DNA of 64,000 bases from an uncultured Acidobacteriota bacterium (GTDB lineage Bacteria > Acidobacteriota > Vicinamibacteria > Vicinamibacterales > UBA8438). Below, one piece after another: positions 1-9,276 of the stretch. The position numbers were made by a program, and so were the translations under genes. The notes beneath the pieces are model-generated. The model made no database searches. It saw only the letters and a list, made by a program, of their open reading frames with translations, and had not been told where the DNA came from. Each line of letters starts with the position of its first letter. The stretch's first letter is position 1. The DNA lies in the NCBI GenBank assembly GCA_913043225.1, contig CAJWLU010000002.1:1-64000 (forward strand), given 5' to 3'.

Positions 1-408
1 AACTCCCCCGATGCCTGGTCGCGGCTCGTGGACCGGGTGCTCGCCAGTCCGCATTACGGAGAGAAGTGGGGCCAGCACTGGCTCGACGTGATTCGCTTTG
101 CCGAGTCCGAGGGGTTTGAGTACGACCGGCACCACGCGGCGGCCTGGCGTTTTCGCGATTATGTCGTGCGGAGCCTGAACGCGGACAAGCCCTTCGATCG
201 ATTTGTTCGAGAGCAGCTGGCAGGGGATGAGTTCGCCGAGATCTTGGGCGCGGGCGAGCTACCGAATCCAAATGCCGAGCGGATTGTTGCGATGACGTTT
301 CTGCGGCTGGCACCTTTCACGGAACCACGTGGCGATGAAACTCGGCATGAGATGCTCAGTGAAATGACGACCACCGTCGCCTCGGTTTTTCTCGGTTTAA
401 CCGTTGGG
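1..408 (+). CDS. Partial DUF1549 (Planctomycete-type cytochrome/PSD1-associated) domain fragment
   Basis: VDRVLASPHYGEKWGQHWLDVIRFAES..FRDYVVRSLNADKPFDRFVREQLAGD..FLGLTVG is typical of DUF1549. It ends where the CxxCH motif would normally follow, at an abrupt GC-to-AT switch. Confidence 0.75.
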
Positions 409-955
409 TCAAATATACTTTTTTTACCATTTTATTTTTTCTTAATTTTTTCACTATTTTTATTAGATAAAAAAAATTTTTTGAACATAAAAAAAATATT
501 TTGTTTGTCATTATGCTCGTTTATAGTTTTTGCATTAACAAATCCGTATATTTTGATTAATTTTTCCAATTTTTTTCTTGAGGCAAACAACGAATATTCG
601 TGGGTTTTAAAAAAATTCAACCTAAATAATGTTTTGTTATTTTTTAACACTTCATACGTCTTAGGATTTGGTATTTTACTCAGCTTAATAACAATATTCT
701 TCTCAATAAGCGAATTTACAAAAAAGAAATCCAATAACAAAAAAATAATACTTTTAACTTACTTGCTTTTTCTATTTGGTGCTGCAATTGGAAGCTATGA
801 TTTGTGGCATATTCAATTTAGATACATTCCTTATATTTTACCAATTTCATTAATTTACTTAGCTCTTAAAATAAAAAATCGCAAATTTATACTCTTCGTT
901 TTCTTTGCAACTTTTTTACAGGCTGTTCCTATGAAATTAGCCTATTACGACGAAG
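409..955 (+). other. AT-rich foreign segment encoding part of a polytopic membrane protein (glycosyltransferase/ArnT-like fragment)
   Basis: Very AT-rich DNA inside a GC-rich contig. The translation is F/L/I/K-rich with TM segments and RYIPYILP. Boundaries are approximate. Confidence 0.6.
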
Positions 956-1085
956 ACAGTCTGACGAGCGAGCGCACCCCGTGCGTCTTCGAGAGGTTCT
1001 TGCATTGGCGCGAAGATGCGGATTATCGCGAAGCCGATGACGAGTATGACCAGCATTTCTATAACGGTGGAAGGCGGCAATTGCC

Positions 1086-1529
1086 GTGACTCGGTATGAC
1101 GCTGACCTCAGCGGGCTTCGGGTAGCTGCCGTTCGGCACGTGGCGCGACGTCGCGGGTTGCGTCCATCGACCGAGAGCGTTCGCCGTTTGCTCGCAGGCG
1201 GGCTGTCCTTGGAGGAAGTTGTTCGGCATCCACTTGTTACCGATCCCGCAAAAGAAAACGGCCTTAGGGGTAGCACCCTGTATGTCGGAAGTACGGTGTT
1301 GCTGCTTTTGGTTTACGTTTGGGCGACCGAGTCCGAGTGGTGGTTTTGGCCCCTCAGCGCATTCGGTATAGTTTTCGCCGTTCTCGCCACTGAATATGCT
1401 TCGCCAGAGTTGCATGCCAGATTGGAAGCTCGCTATCACAGCCTTATGGGTCTGGAAGGGCAGTTGTTGCTTAGGCTGACGATGGCGTCGCTTACCGTAA
1501 TGCTGGCAATCCTTGCGCTTATGCGCTGA
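1086..1529 (+). CDS. Hypothetical membrane protein
   Basis: 147-aa ORF with about three hydrophobic segments; no family recognised. Confidence 0.5.
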   Translation: MTRYDADLSGLRVAAVRHVARRRGLRPSTESVRRLLAGGLSLEEVVRHPLVTDPAKENGLRGSTLYVGSTVLLLLVYVWATESEWWFWPLSAFGIVFAVLATEYASPELHARLEARYHSLMGLEGQLLLRLTMASLTVMLAILALMR

Positions 1530-1538
1530 GGCACTCAG

Positions 1539-1649
1539 GACGACGCGGCGATTGTCGCCGTGCGTCAGTGGGAGTACACGCCCACGATGCTCAACGGATC
1601 GCCGGTGCCGGTCATCATGACCGTTACCGTCAATTTCCAGCTGCGTTAG
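1539..1649 (+). pseudogene. tonB: C-terminal fragment of energy transducer TonB
   Basis: Translates DDAAIVAVRQWEYTPTMLNGSPVPVIMTVTVNFQLR*, a TonB_C tail, directly upstream of exbB. There is an in-frame stop at 1527-1529 and no start codon. Confidence 0.8.
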
Positions 1650-1741
1650 AACATGTTTGAAATTGTGGGCGGCGGGCGTCGGGACTCGGCATGACGAGCT
1701 TCGGCCGCGCGGCCAACTGAACCACGTAGGAGGATTGAGCG

Positions 1742-2425
1742 ATGCATACTGGTGGAATCGACTTTATTGAGATGTGGGAGCAGATGGGAATCAGCGTCAA
1801 GCTCCTGATGGGACTCCTTGCGCTGATGTCGATGTGGTCGATGGGCATCTTCTTCGAGAGGCTGTTCACGTTTGTCCAGGCCGGCAAGCAGTCCAAGCTG
1901 TTCGCTCCCCAGGTGGCGAAGCACCTGAAGGACGGTCGGCTCAAGGACGCCATCGCGGTGTCGCAGTCCAAGAACTACAAGTACAGCCACCTTGGGAAAG
2001 TCGTTCTGGCCGGGCTGCAGGAGTACCAGTTCCAGAAGGACACTGGTGTAGAGCTGAGCCGTGACGACGTGGTGGACAGTGTGCACCGCGCCATCCAGCG
2101 CGCTGGTGCGTTGACCGCTGCCGACCTCAAGAAGGGTATGGGGTCGCTGGCCACCATCGGCGCCACCGCCGTGTTCGTCGGGCTGCTGGCGACCACCATC
2201 GGCGTCATCAACGCGTTCCAAGGCATCGCGGCCACCGGGTCCGGTGGTCTGGGCGCGGTTTCCGCCGGTATCTCCGAAGCGCTGGTCGGCACCGCGGTTG
2301 GTTTGTTCGTGGCCATCCCCGCCGTGTGGTTCTTCAACTTCCTTACCTCGAAGATCGAGTTCTTCAACGTCGAGATGGACAACTCGTCGTCCGAGCTCGT
2401 CGACTACTTCATTAAGAAGGGCTAA
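1742..2425 (+). CDS. exbB: MotA/TolQ/ExbB proton channel protein
   Basis: LATIGATAVFVGLLATTIGVINAF..GISEALVGTAVGLFVAIPA motifs; RBS AGGAGG upstream. Confidence 0.92.
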   Translation: MHTGGIDFIEMWEQMGISVKLLMGLLALMSMWSMGIFFERLFTFVQAGKQSKLFAPQVAKHLKDGRLKDAIAVSQSKNYKYSHLGKVVLAGLQEYQFQKDTGVELSRDDVVDSVHRAIQRAGALTAADLKKGMGSLATIGATAVFVGLLATTIGVINAFQGIAATGSGGLGAVSAGISEALVGTAVGLFVAIPAVWFFNFLTSKIEFFNVEMDNSSSELVDYFIKKG

Positions 2426-2437
2426 TAGTCGATTTGT

Positions 2438-2469
2438 GGGCGGTCCGGCGCAGGTGCGCCGGACCGCCC
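2438..2469. repeat. Perfect GC-rich intergenic hairpin
   Basis: GGGCGGTCCGGCGC-AGGT-GCGCCGGACCGCCC between exbB and exbD. Confidence 0.8.
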
Positions 2470-2503
2470 CAGTCGGGTCCGGAAGAGTTGAGGAGGCATA
2501 CCT

Positions 2504-2950
2504 ATGGGAATGCAAGTAGGCGAAGACAAGGGTGGGATGAATCATGAGATCAACATCACTCCGCTTGCGGACGTGATGCTGGTGCTTCTGATCATCGTCA
2601 TGCTTATCGCGCCGCTGATCCAGAAGGGCGTCGATGTGAGGCTGCCCGAGGCTGCCAACACCACCGACAAGCCGGAGAACGACGGTCAGACCATCCTGGC
2701 GGTCACGGCCAGCGGTGAATATTTCGTCGAAAACCTCCAGGTGGCCGAAAGCGACGTGCTGCAGGCGGTTCGAGACGCACTCGACCGCAAGTTGGAGCGC
2801 GTCATCCTGATCAAGGCAGACCAGGACGCCAGCTATTCGACTGTCATGACCTTGCTCGACCAAATGCAAAGAGCTGGTATCGAGGACATCGGTCTGGTGA
2901 CCGAGCGCAAGGTCGGGAGCGGTGGCGTGGCTGCCGCGGGGGGCGAGTAG
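2504..2950 (+). CDS. exbD: Biopolymer transporter ExbD/TolR
   Basis: EINITPLADVMLVLLIIVML TM motif and IKAD. Confidence 0.92.
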   Translation: MGMQVGEDKGGMNHEINITPLADVMLVLLIIVMLIAPLIQKGVDVRLPEAANTTDKPENDGQTILAVTASGEYFVENLQVAESDVLQAVRDALDRKLERVILIKADQDASYSTVMTLLDQMQRAGIEDIGLVTERKVGSGGVAAAGGE

Positions 2951-2953
2951 CCG

Positions 2954-3415
2954 ATGGCCAAGAAACACCACGGCGCGGACAAGGTTGTCACCGCCAAGCA
3001 GGCTAAGTCGCAGGCTGACATTAACATCACGCCGTTCATTGACGTGTTGCTGGTGCTGATCGTCATCTTCCTCGCGGCGTTACCACTGTCGCAGCGCGGG
3101 CTCGACATCAACCTGCCGCTCGAGACACGAGGGGCCGCCGGGTCGCAGTCCGACGGCAGTCAGATCGTGTTGCAGTACACGGCTGATCGGGTCATTACCG
3201 TGAACCAGCAACCGATCCCGCTACAGCAGCTCGAATCTCGTCTCCGCGAAATCTTCGAACCGCGGCGTGAGAAGACGATGTTCATCGCCGGGGCCGGGAA
3301 TCTGCGGTACGGCGAGATCATCGAGGTGATCGATGCCGCTAAGGGTGCCGGCGTGACGAAGGTCGGGATTGTGACCGAGGCCATGCGGCGTGCCGGCGGC
3401 GCCGATGCGCTTTAG
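2954..3415 (+). CDS. exbD: Second ExbD/TolR protein
   Basis: DINITPFIDVLLVLIVIFL TM motif. Confidence 0.92.
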   Translation: MAKKHHGADKVVTAKQAKSQADINITPFIDVLLVLIVIFLAALPLSQRGLDINLPLETRGAAGSQSDGSQIVLQYTADRVITVNQQPIPLQQLESRLREIFEPRREKTMFIAGAGNLRYGEIIEVIDAAKGAGVTKVGIVTEAMRRAGGADAL

Positions 3416-3424
3416 GGGGACGAC

Positions 3425-4372
3425 ATGAAGAGCATGGGATACGGAAGCCGTTTGGCGCTGGTGGGCGTCATCGCTCTGGCGACCACGGCCTGCGGCAGCC
3501 TCGAGCGCCTCAGGGCGTTGCGTGTGGTCAAGGACGCCCACACCCAGTATCAGCGCGGCGATTACGAGCAGGCGATCGAGCTGTATGGTGAGGTCCTGGC
3601 GAACGACCCGGACATGGTCGACGTCTATTTCTACCTGGGAAATAGCTACGACCAGCTCTATCGTCCTTCGCAGCGCGGCGAGCGTGAGAACGACCAGATG
3701 CTCGAACTGGCCATCGACAACTACATCACGGCTCACGATCGGCAGCCCAATCCGATACTGCGCACACTGGCTATGCAGTATCTGATTGCGGCCTTCGGTC
3801 CAGACAAGGCTAACGAGCCAGGCAAGTCTGAGCCGGTGATGCGGCAGCTGATTGCTGAGGACCCGGAGAATCCGGACACCTACTTCCAGCTGGCGAAGCT
3901 GTATGAGGATTCCGGCCTCTATGAGGAGTCTGAGGAGATCCTCATGCAGGTGCTCGACATGCGCCGCGACGACCCCGCCGTGCACATGCAGTTGGCCGGG
4001 TTCTACGATCGGAACGAGAACTTCGAGAAGACGATCGAGTCACTCAAGGCACGGGCCGCGATCGAGAGTGACAATCCTGAGGCGTTCTACACGATCGGGA
4101 CCTTCTACTGGCAAAAGGCGTTTCGCGATTTCCGTCTGAGCGATGACGAAGAGATGGAGTACGTCATGCTCGGGCTTGATGAGCTCGAGAAGGCGCTGGA
4201 GATCAACGCCGACTATGTCGAGGCGATCACCTACAAGAACATCCTTATGCGTCTGCAGGCGAACCTAACCGACGATATCGACGAGCGTGAAGCCCTCATC
4301 GAAGAGGCAGACGTGCTTCGCGATCGTGCGGAGGAACTGCTCGAGCAGCAGCGCTCCGGCGCGGCTGGCTAG
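3425..4372 (+). CDS. TPR-repeat lipoprotein
   Basis: Signal peptide with a lipobox-like TTAC; multiple TPR repeats. Confidence 0.85.
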   Translation: MKSMGYGSRLALVGVIALATTACGSLERLRALRVVKDAHTQYQRGDYEQAIELYGEVLANDPDMVDVYFYLGNSYDQLYRPSQRGERENDQMLELAIDNYITAHDRQPNPILRTLAMQYLIAAFGPDKANEPGKSEPVMRQLIAEDPENPDTYFQLAKLYEDSGLYEESEEILMQVLDMRRDDPAVHMQLAGFYDRNENFEKTIESLKARAAIESDNPEAFYTIGTFYWQKAFRDFRLSDDEEMEYVMLGLDELEKALEINADYVEAITYKNILMRLQANLTDDIDEREALIEEADVLRDRAEELLEQQRSGAAG

Positions 4373-4402
4373 CTTCTTTCCTGATCGTAACGGTTCCTGG
4401 TT

Positions 4403-4434
4403 GGGCCGGGCCGCGGATGCGGTCCGGCCCTTTC
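4403..4434 (+). terminator. Putative intrinsic terminator
   Basis: GGGCCGGGCCGC-GGAT-GCGGTCCGGCCC followed by TTTC. Confidence 0.6.
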
Positions 4435-4451
4435 GCTGTACCCTACCTCTG

Positions 4452-6602
4452 ATGATCAGCTTCGAGCGTCTGGCGGACAAGGCCAAGGCGTCGCACCCGG
4501 ACGCCGATACCGATCTGCTACGACGTGCGTACGACTTCTCGGCGATTGAGCATGCCGGCCAGACTCGGCGGTCGGGTGAGCCCTATCTCACCCATCCGCT
4601 CGAGGTGGCCTCACTCGTTGCCGACATGCGTATGGATGACGTGGCCATTGCCGCCGGGCTGCTCCACGACGTGGTTGAAGACACTCTGACCTCGATCGAC
4701 CGTGTGGAGGAGCTGTTCGGGGCGGAGGTGGCGCACGTCGTCGAGGGGGTCACCAAGATCAGCACCATTCCGTTCTCCTCCAGTGAAGAGCGGCAGGCGG
4801 AGAACTTTCGCAAGATGCTGCTTGCGATGGTGGATGACATCCGCGTCATCTTGGTCAAGTTGGCGGACCGGCTGCACAACATGCGCACGCTGGACCATAT
4901 GCCAGAGGATCGGCGTTTCAAGACCGCGCAGGAGACCCTCGACATCTACGCGCCGATTGCGCATCGCCTCGGGATGAAGAAGGTGAAGAACGAGCTGGAG
5001 GAACTGGCGTTCAAGCACCTGGACCCGAAGGCATACGAGACTACCCGGGCGTGGGTCGAACGCCGGCGGCGCGCGACCCAGAATGTGGTGACCGAGCTGC
5101 GCCGGACGCTGGAACGGACGCTAACTGAGGCGCAGGTGCCCGTCGAGCGTATCGAGTCACGTATCAAACGGCTCTACGGCATCCACCAGAAGATCAAGCG
5201 TCAGCGGATCTCACTGGAACAGGTCTACGACCTGATCGCGCTGCGGGTCATCGCCGAGTCGGAGCGGGACTGTTACGCGGCGCTGGGTATCATCCACCAG
5301 ACCTGGTCACCGGTGCCCGGGCGATTCAAGGACTTCATCGCGATGCCGCGCGCTAATGGCTACCAGTCGCTACACACATCGGTGGTTAGCGAGCAAGGCG
5401 TGCCGTTCGAGGTACAGATCCGTACGGTGGCCATGCACGCCGTCGCGGAGGAGGGTATTGCCGCGCACTGGAAGTACAAAGAGGGCCGGGTGGGCGTGAA
5501 GCCGGACGAGCAGCACTTCGCTTGGCTCCGTCAGCTTTTGGAGTGGCAACAGGAGGTGCGAGACCCGGGCGAGTTCATCCACAACCTGAAGGTCGATCTG
5601 TACCCGGAAGAGGTCTACATCTTCACGCCGAAGGGCGAGGTCAAGGCGCTGCCACGGGGAGCGACGCCGATCGACTTTGCGTACACAATCCACACAGACG
5701 TCGGTCACCAGTGCGTCGGCGCTCGGGTCAATGGCCGGATGGTGCCAGTTCGGACCCGGCTCGCGAGCGGTGACATCGTCGAGGTGGTGACGGCTTCCGG
5801 ACATACGCCAAGTCGCGACTGGCTCAACATCGTCGTGACGTCACGCGCCCGTAACAAGATCAAGCACTTCATCCACGCGGAAGAGAAGGTGCGAGCCGTG
5901 GAACTGGGCCGCAAGCTCTTCGACAAGGAGCTCCGTCGGTTCGATGTGAGCGAGAAAGGGGTACTCGAACCGGAGCTTGTGGGCCGGGTCGCTGGCGAGT
6001 TCGGTGCTCAGAAGGAAGATGACCTGTTCGCGGCAATCGGCTACGGCAAGCTACCGGCGCGGTCGGTCCTCGCCAAGCTCGTGCCAAAGCAGCTCGAAGA
6101 GAAGTCTGGTACCCCGTCCATCGGCACCGTGGTACGCCGGATGCTCCGGCGGGGCGAGGACAAGGTCACGGTCAAGGGGTTCGACGACCTGCTCGTATTC
6201 CGCGCTCGCTGCTGCAATCCGATTCGAGGCGAGAAGATCGTGGGCTATGTTACGCGGGGCAAAGGGGTTTCAGTCCACGCGGCGCGGTGCCCCAATGTGC
6301 TCAATTTGCTCTACGACCCAGAACGTCGCATCGAAGTGGTCTGGGACAAAACGGGTGATGCTGCCGGTTTCGTGGTGATGCTCAGTATCCAAGTCGAGGA
6401 CCGCCAGGGCATTCTGGCCGATGTCACCACGAAGATCGCAGGCCTGAAGACCAACATGCTGAAGGTTGAGGCCACCACCAGCGATCTCCAAGGTCGGATC
6501 GTGGTCACCATGGAGATCGCCGACTTCAAGCACCTGCAACGGATTGTTAAGGTAATCCGCGGCGTGCGGGGCGTCGTCGAAGTCGATCGGATGATGCGGT
6601 AG
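4452..6602 (+). CDS. relA: Bifunctional (p)ppGpp synthetase/hydrolase (long RSH)
   Basis: HD hydrolase (GLLHDVVEDT), synthetase (NGYQSLHT, FEVQIRT), TGS and ACT domains. Start placed at ATG 4452. Confidence 0.95.
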   Translation: MISFERLADKAKASHPDADTDLLRRAYDFSAIEHAGQTRRSGEPYLTHPLEVASLVADMRMDDVAIAAGLLHDVVEDTLTSIDRVEELFGAEVAHVVEGVTKISTIPFSSSEERQAENFRKMLLAMVDDIRVILVKLADRLHNMRTLDHMPEDRRFKTAQETLDIYAPIAHRLGMKKVKNELEELAFKHLDPKAYETTRAWVERRRRATQNVVTELRRTLERTLTEAQVPVERIESRIKRLYGIHQKIKRQRISLEQVYDLIALRVIAESERDCYAALGIIHQTWSPVPGRFKDFIAMPRANGYQSLHTSVVSEQGVPFEVQIRTVAMHAVAEEGIAAHWKYKEGRVGVKPDEQHFAWLRQLLEWQQEVRDPGEFIHNLKVDLYPEEVYIFTPKGEVKALPRGATPIDFAYTIHTDVGHQCVGARVNGRMVPVRTRLASGDIVEVVTASGHTPSRDWLNIVVTSRARNKIKHFIHAEEKVRAVELGRKLFDKELRRFDVSEKGVLEPELVGRVAGEFGAQKEDDLFAAIGYGKLPARSVLAKLVPKQLEEKSGTPSIGTVVRRMLRRGEDKVTVKGFDDLLVFRARCCNPIRGEKIVGYVTRGKGVSVHAARCPNVLNLLYDPERRIEVVWDKTGDAAGFVVMLSIQVEDRQGILADVTTKIAGLKTNMLKVEATTSDLQGRIVVTMEIADFKHLQRIVKVIRGVRGVVEVDRMMR

Positions 6603-6616
6603 GCGGGACGGCGCTG

Positions 6617-6997
6617 CTAGCCGAGATGCGCGATGGCGTCGATCTCGACGCCAACCCCCTTGGGCAGGGCCGCCACCTGTACGGTGGCGCGAGTCGGCTG
6701 TGGATATCCGAAGTAGCTGCCGTAGACCTCGTTGACCTGGCCGAAGTTCCTCAGATCAGTGAGGAAGATCGTGGTACGGACGACCTGGCTGAAGTCAGCG
6801 CCCGCGGCCCGGAGGATTGCTTCCAAGTTGTCCATGACCCTTTTGGTCTGGGTCGCGATGTCCCCGTCGACGACTTCGCCTGTGGCGGGGTCAAGTGGGA
6901 TCTGACCGGAGATGAAGAGCATCGGACCGGCCCGTACGGCCTGCGAGTAGGGCCCGATCGCGGGTGGAGCTTCCTCGGTTCGAATGGCGGAGGGCAC
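6617..6997 (-). CDS. ridA: RidA/YjgF family enamine deaminase
   Basis: APPAIGPYSQAV..SGQIP..PTRATVQVAALP..VEIDAIA. Start placed at GTG 6997. Confidence 0.92.
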   Translation of the reverse strand: MPSAIRTEEAPPAIGPYSQAVRAGPMLFISGQIPLDPATGEVVDGDIATQTKRVMDNLEAILRAAGADFSQVVRTTIFLTDLRNFGQVNEVYGSYFGYPQPTRATVQVAALPKGVGVEIDAIAHLG

Positions 6998-7011
6998 GGG
7001 GACGCCCGGAA

Positions 7012-7203
7012 TCAGGCGGCCTTGACCACCTTGTTGGAACGGATGCAACGGGTGCAGACCCGGATCCGCTTGACGCCGCCGTTCACGACGGCCTTGACCC
7101 GCTGTATGTTCGCCTGGAACCGCCGGAGGGTCACGTTGTGGGCGTGACTGACATTTCGCCCCGCGGCCGGTCCCTTTCCACAGATCTCACAACGCTTCGC
7201 CAT
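7012..7203 (-). CDS. rpmB: 50S ribosomal protein L28 (Zn-binding type)
   Basis: MAKRCEICGK..GRNVSHAH..RRFQAN..CTRC. Confidence 0.97.
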   Translation of the reverse strand: MAKRCEICGKGPAAGRNVSHAHNVTLRRFQANIQRVKAVVNGGVKRIRVCTRCIRSNKVVKAA

Positions 7204-7254
7204 GACTACTCTCTCTGTCGAGGTCCAAACGTCAAATTATATCAGAGACAGCCG

Positions 7255-7935
7255 TCAGGGGATGATCAACGACGGCCGGTCGTCGTCCGCCGAAGGCGCT
7301 GGATCGCCTTCGGCCGGGGTCGCGGAAGCGCCTTGTCCCGGCGAGGGAAGCAGAAGCCGGCCCACGAGATCGAGATAGGCGCGGTCGCCGCCTTCCAGGA
7401 CGGTCTTGGCCTCCGAGGCGGCCCGTTCTATCCGCCTCAGGATTTCAACGAGGTCGCTTTCTCTAGCGACCGGACCGCGTCCGTCTTGGCCCTCGAGGAG
7501 CGGCTTTAACTCGCGGGCGAGCTGCTCCGCGGGAAGCGTGGTAGCGCGATGCTCATAGATGATTCCCTTGCTTGCGGTCTCGTAGGTGGAGGCGAGCGAC
7601 TGCGCCGTGTCCCTGATGACCCCGTCGTCCACCGAGAACTCGCCGGACTGGGCAAGCCGATGCAGCGTGGCCTGAACCAGGAAGAATAGCTGGTACTGTC
7701 GCTGGCCCAACCCGGAGATGATAGGGAGCAGGAACCGTGTGTCACGCTCTTGCTGGCGCTGCACGACCGCCGGAGGGTGTGTCTGGGCGGACACAAGATA
7801 CGAGCAGTCTGACGGGCATTGGATCTCGATTAGCCGTTTGGAACCGCAGCAGGCGGCACAGATCTGTGCGCCGATGGCCGGGCAGGAACGCTTGCCGCGC
7901 CGTTTCTCGCACAATGGACAGGTTCGAGATGCCAT
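7255..7935 (-). CDS. Hypothetical protein with N-terminal Cys-rich zinc-finger
   Basis: CPLC..C..CAACC..CPSDC. Start placed at ATG 7935. Confidence 0.75.
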   Translation of the reverse strand: MASRTCPLCEKRRGKRSCPAIGAQICAACCGSKRLIEIQCPSDCSYLVSAQTHPPAVVQRQQERDTRFLLPIISGLGQRQYQLFFLVQATLHRLAQSGEFSVDDGVIRDTAQSLASTYETASKGIIYEHRATTLPAEQLARELKPLLEGQDGRGPVARESDLVEILRRIERAASEAKTVLEGGDRAYLDLVGRLLLPSPGQGASATPAEGDPAPSADDDRPSLIIP

Positions 7936-8341
7936 GATCGTTATCCGGGTGGCAGCTTTGCACACGCCCGGGCCACCGGTCAATCGATCCCGCGGTAGCG
8001 GCCTGGCAGGCGAGTCGAGTCTAGAGGTCGTCAATCCGCTAGGAGACAACACCACCGGAGAGGGCATGTCCACTTTGGGTGACGCGCAAGACGGAAGAAA
8101 TCTGAAACTGAACCCAAAGCTTCGTCGTCTAATGAATTGACAAGGAATGGCGGAGGGAAACACTCGCCGCCAGACCTAGCGCGTAAAGCTCAGTAAATGA
8201 GTCAGATAGCGTTGGCTCGGTCGGGCGAGTGAGACCCCTGAGGGCCATTCATAACCCTCAGGCATCTCTCCCCCACCCCGAACCCTAACCCATTCGTTCG
8301 TAAAGATTAAGGATCCGTCTGGCTCGGTCGCCAGTCGTGTC

Positions 8342-8358
8342 CTGGTACCTAAATTGCT
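8342..8358 (+). promoter_or_regulatory. Sigma54 (-24/-12) promoter
   Basis: CTGGTACCTAAATTGCT fits TGGCAC-N5-TTGC with exact GG-N10-GC spacing, 85 bp upstream of dksA/traR. Confidence 0.75.
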
Positions 8359-8442
8359 TCAAAGACTACTGGAATCTGCGCTTCGATCCGACACGATCCC
8401 GAGCGTGGAACCCCAGCAGGTCGGACGAGAAGGAGTCGCATT

Positions 8443-8889
8443 ATGAGCACGAAGACGCATGGCATGAACGTTGATCGATACAACGAGCTTCGTCGTATCC
8501 TCGAAGAGCGTCGCGACGAGATCGCAGGCGAGGTCAAGGAAAAGATCCGGCACGTGCGGACCGAGGCCACGCAGACCACTACTCACCGGATCGCCGATGC
8601 AGGCGAGACGTCGGAGTCTGACATCCAGGACGATATCGAGTTCGCGCTCATCCAGATGAAGACGGAGACGCTGAATAAGATTGGTTCGGCGCTGGCCCGT
8701 CTCGAAGAACGCACCTACGGCTACTGCTACGAGTGTGGTGACGAAATCGCCGAACAGCGGCTGCGGGCGCTACCGTTCGCAGCGCGGTGCAAGGACTGCG
8801 AAGAGATCCGCGAGTCCGAGCTCGACCGCGAGCGAGTGCTCGAGTCGCGCAGCAAGGCCGTATTACTCTTCGGTGTTTCCTCGGCCTGA
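8443..8889 (+). CDS. TraR/DksA family C4 zinc-finger regulator
   Basis: Coiled coil followed by YGYCYECG..IAEQRLRALPFAARCKDC; RBS AAGGAG. Confidence 0.9.
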   Translation: MSTKTHGMNVDRYNELRRILEERRDEIAGEVKEKIRHVRTEATQTTTHRIADAGETSESDIQDDIEFALIQMKTETLNKIGSALARLEERTYGYCYECGDEIAEQRLRALPFAARCKDCEEIRESELDRERVLESRSKAVLLFGVSSA

Positions 8890-9276
8890 TTCTCGGACAC
8901 CGATGCTGGATGGCCAGCGGAGGGCACATCGCCCGCGACGCGGTTCGGGGTACACTCCAACGACATTCGACCCGCCCGTGGGCGGGGCCGCTCAGATCAT
9001 CGCGGGTGGCGTCCACGGTGTCAGAGGAGGCTGTACGAGCGGCGTGTACAGGCTGGGGACCAGTCTCGCCGTATAGCGGGCAACCCGGCGACCTGGCCGG
9101 CTGCGGAAGACCGAGCCTGCCGGGCGCCCACGGCCGAACCTACAGTGCCAGGTTTGGCTCAAGCTAATGCCACGATCCATCGGCGTCTGTCCAGCGGGTG
9201 GGGTACAGCCCTGCCGGAGTTCAGCGGACCTGCCATTCGGGGCGAAGCCCCATGGAGGCAATAGGAGAATTGCACA

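Noticed and set aside
28..1089. 353-aa ORF as a novel fusion protein
   Set aside because: It crosses sharp compositional junctions and is most likely chimeric.
1646..2971. Long antisense ORFs (also 25754-26620, 37285-38529, 42378-43724, 59983-61053, 62754-63920)
   Set aside because: These are shadows of well-supported genes in GC-rich DNA and have no recognisable motifs.
8890..9276. Gap between dksA/traR and lon as a small gene or ncRNA
   Set aside because: No supportable ORF or structure.
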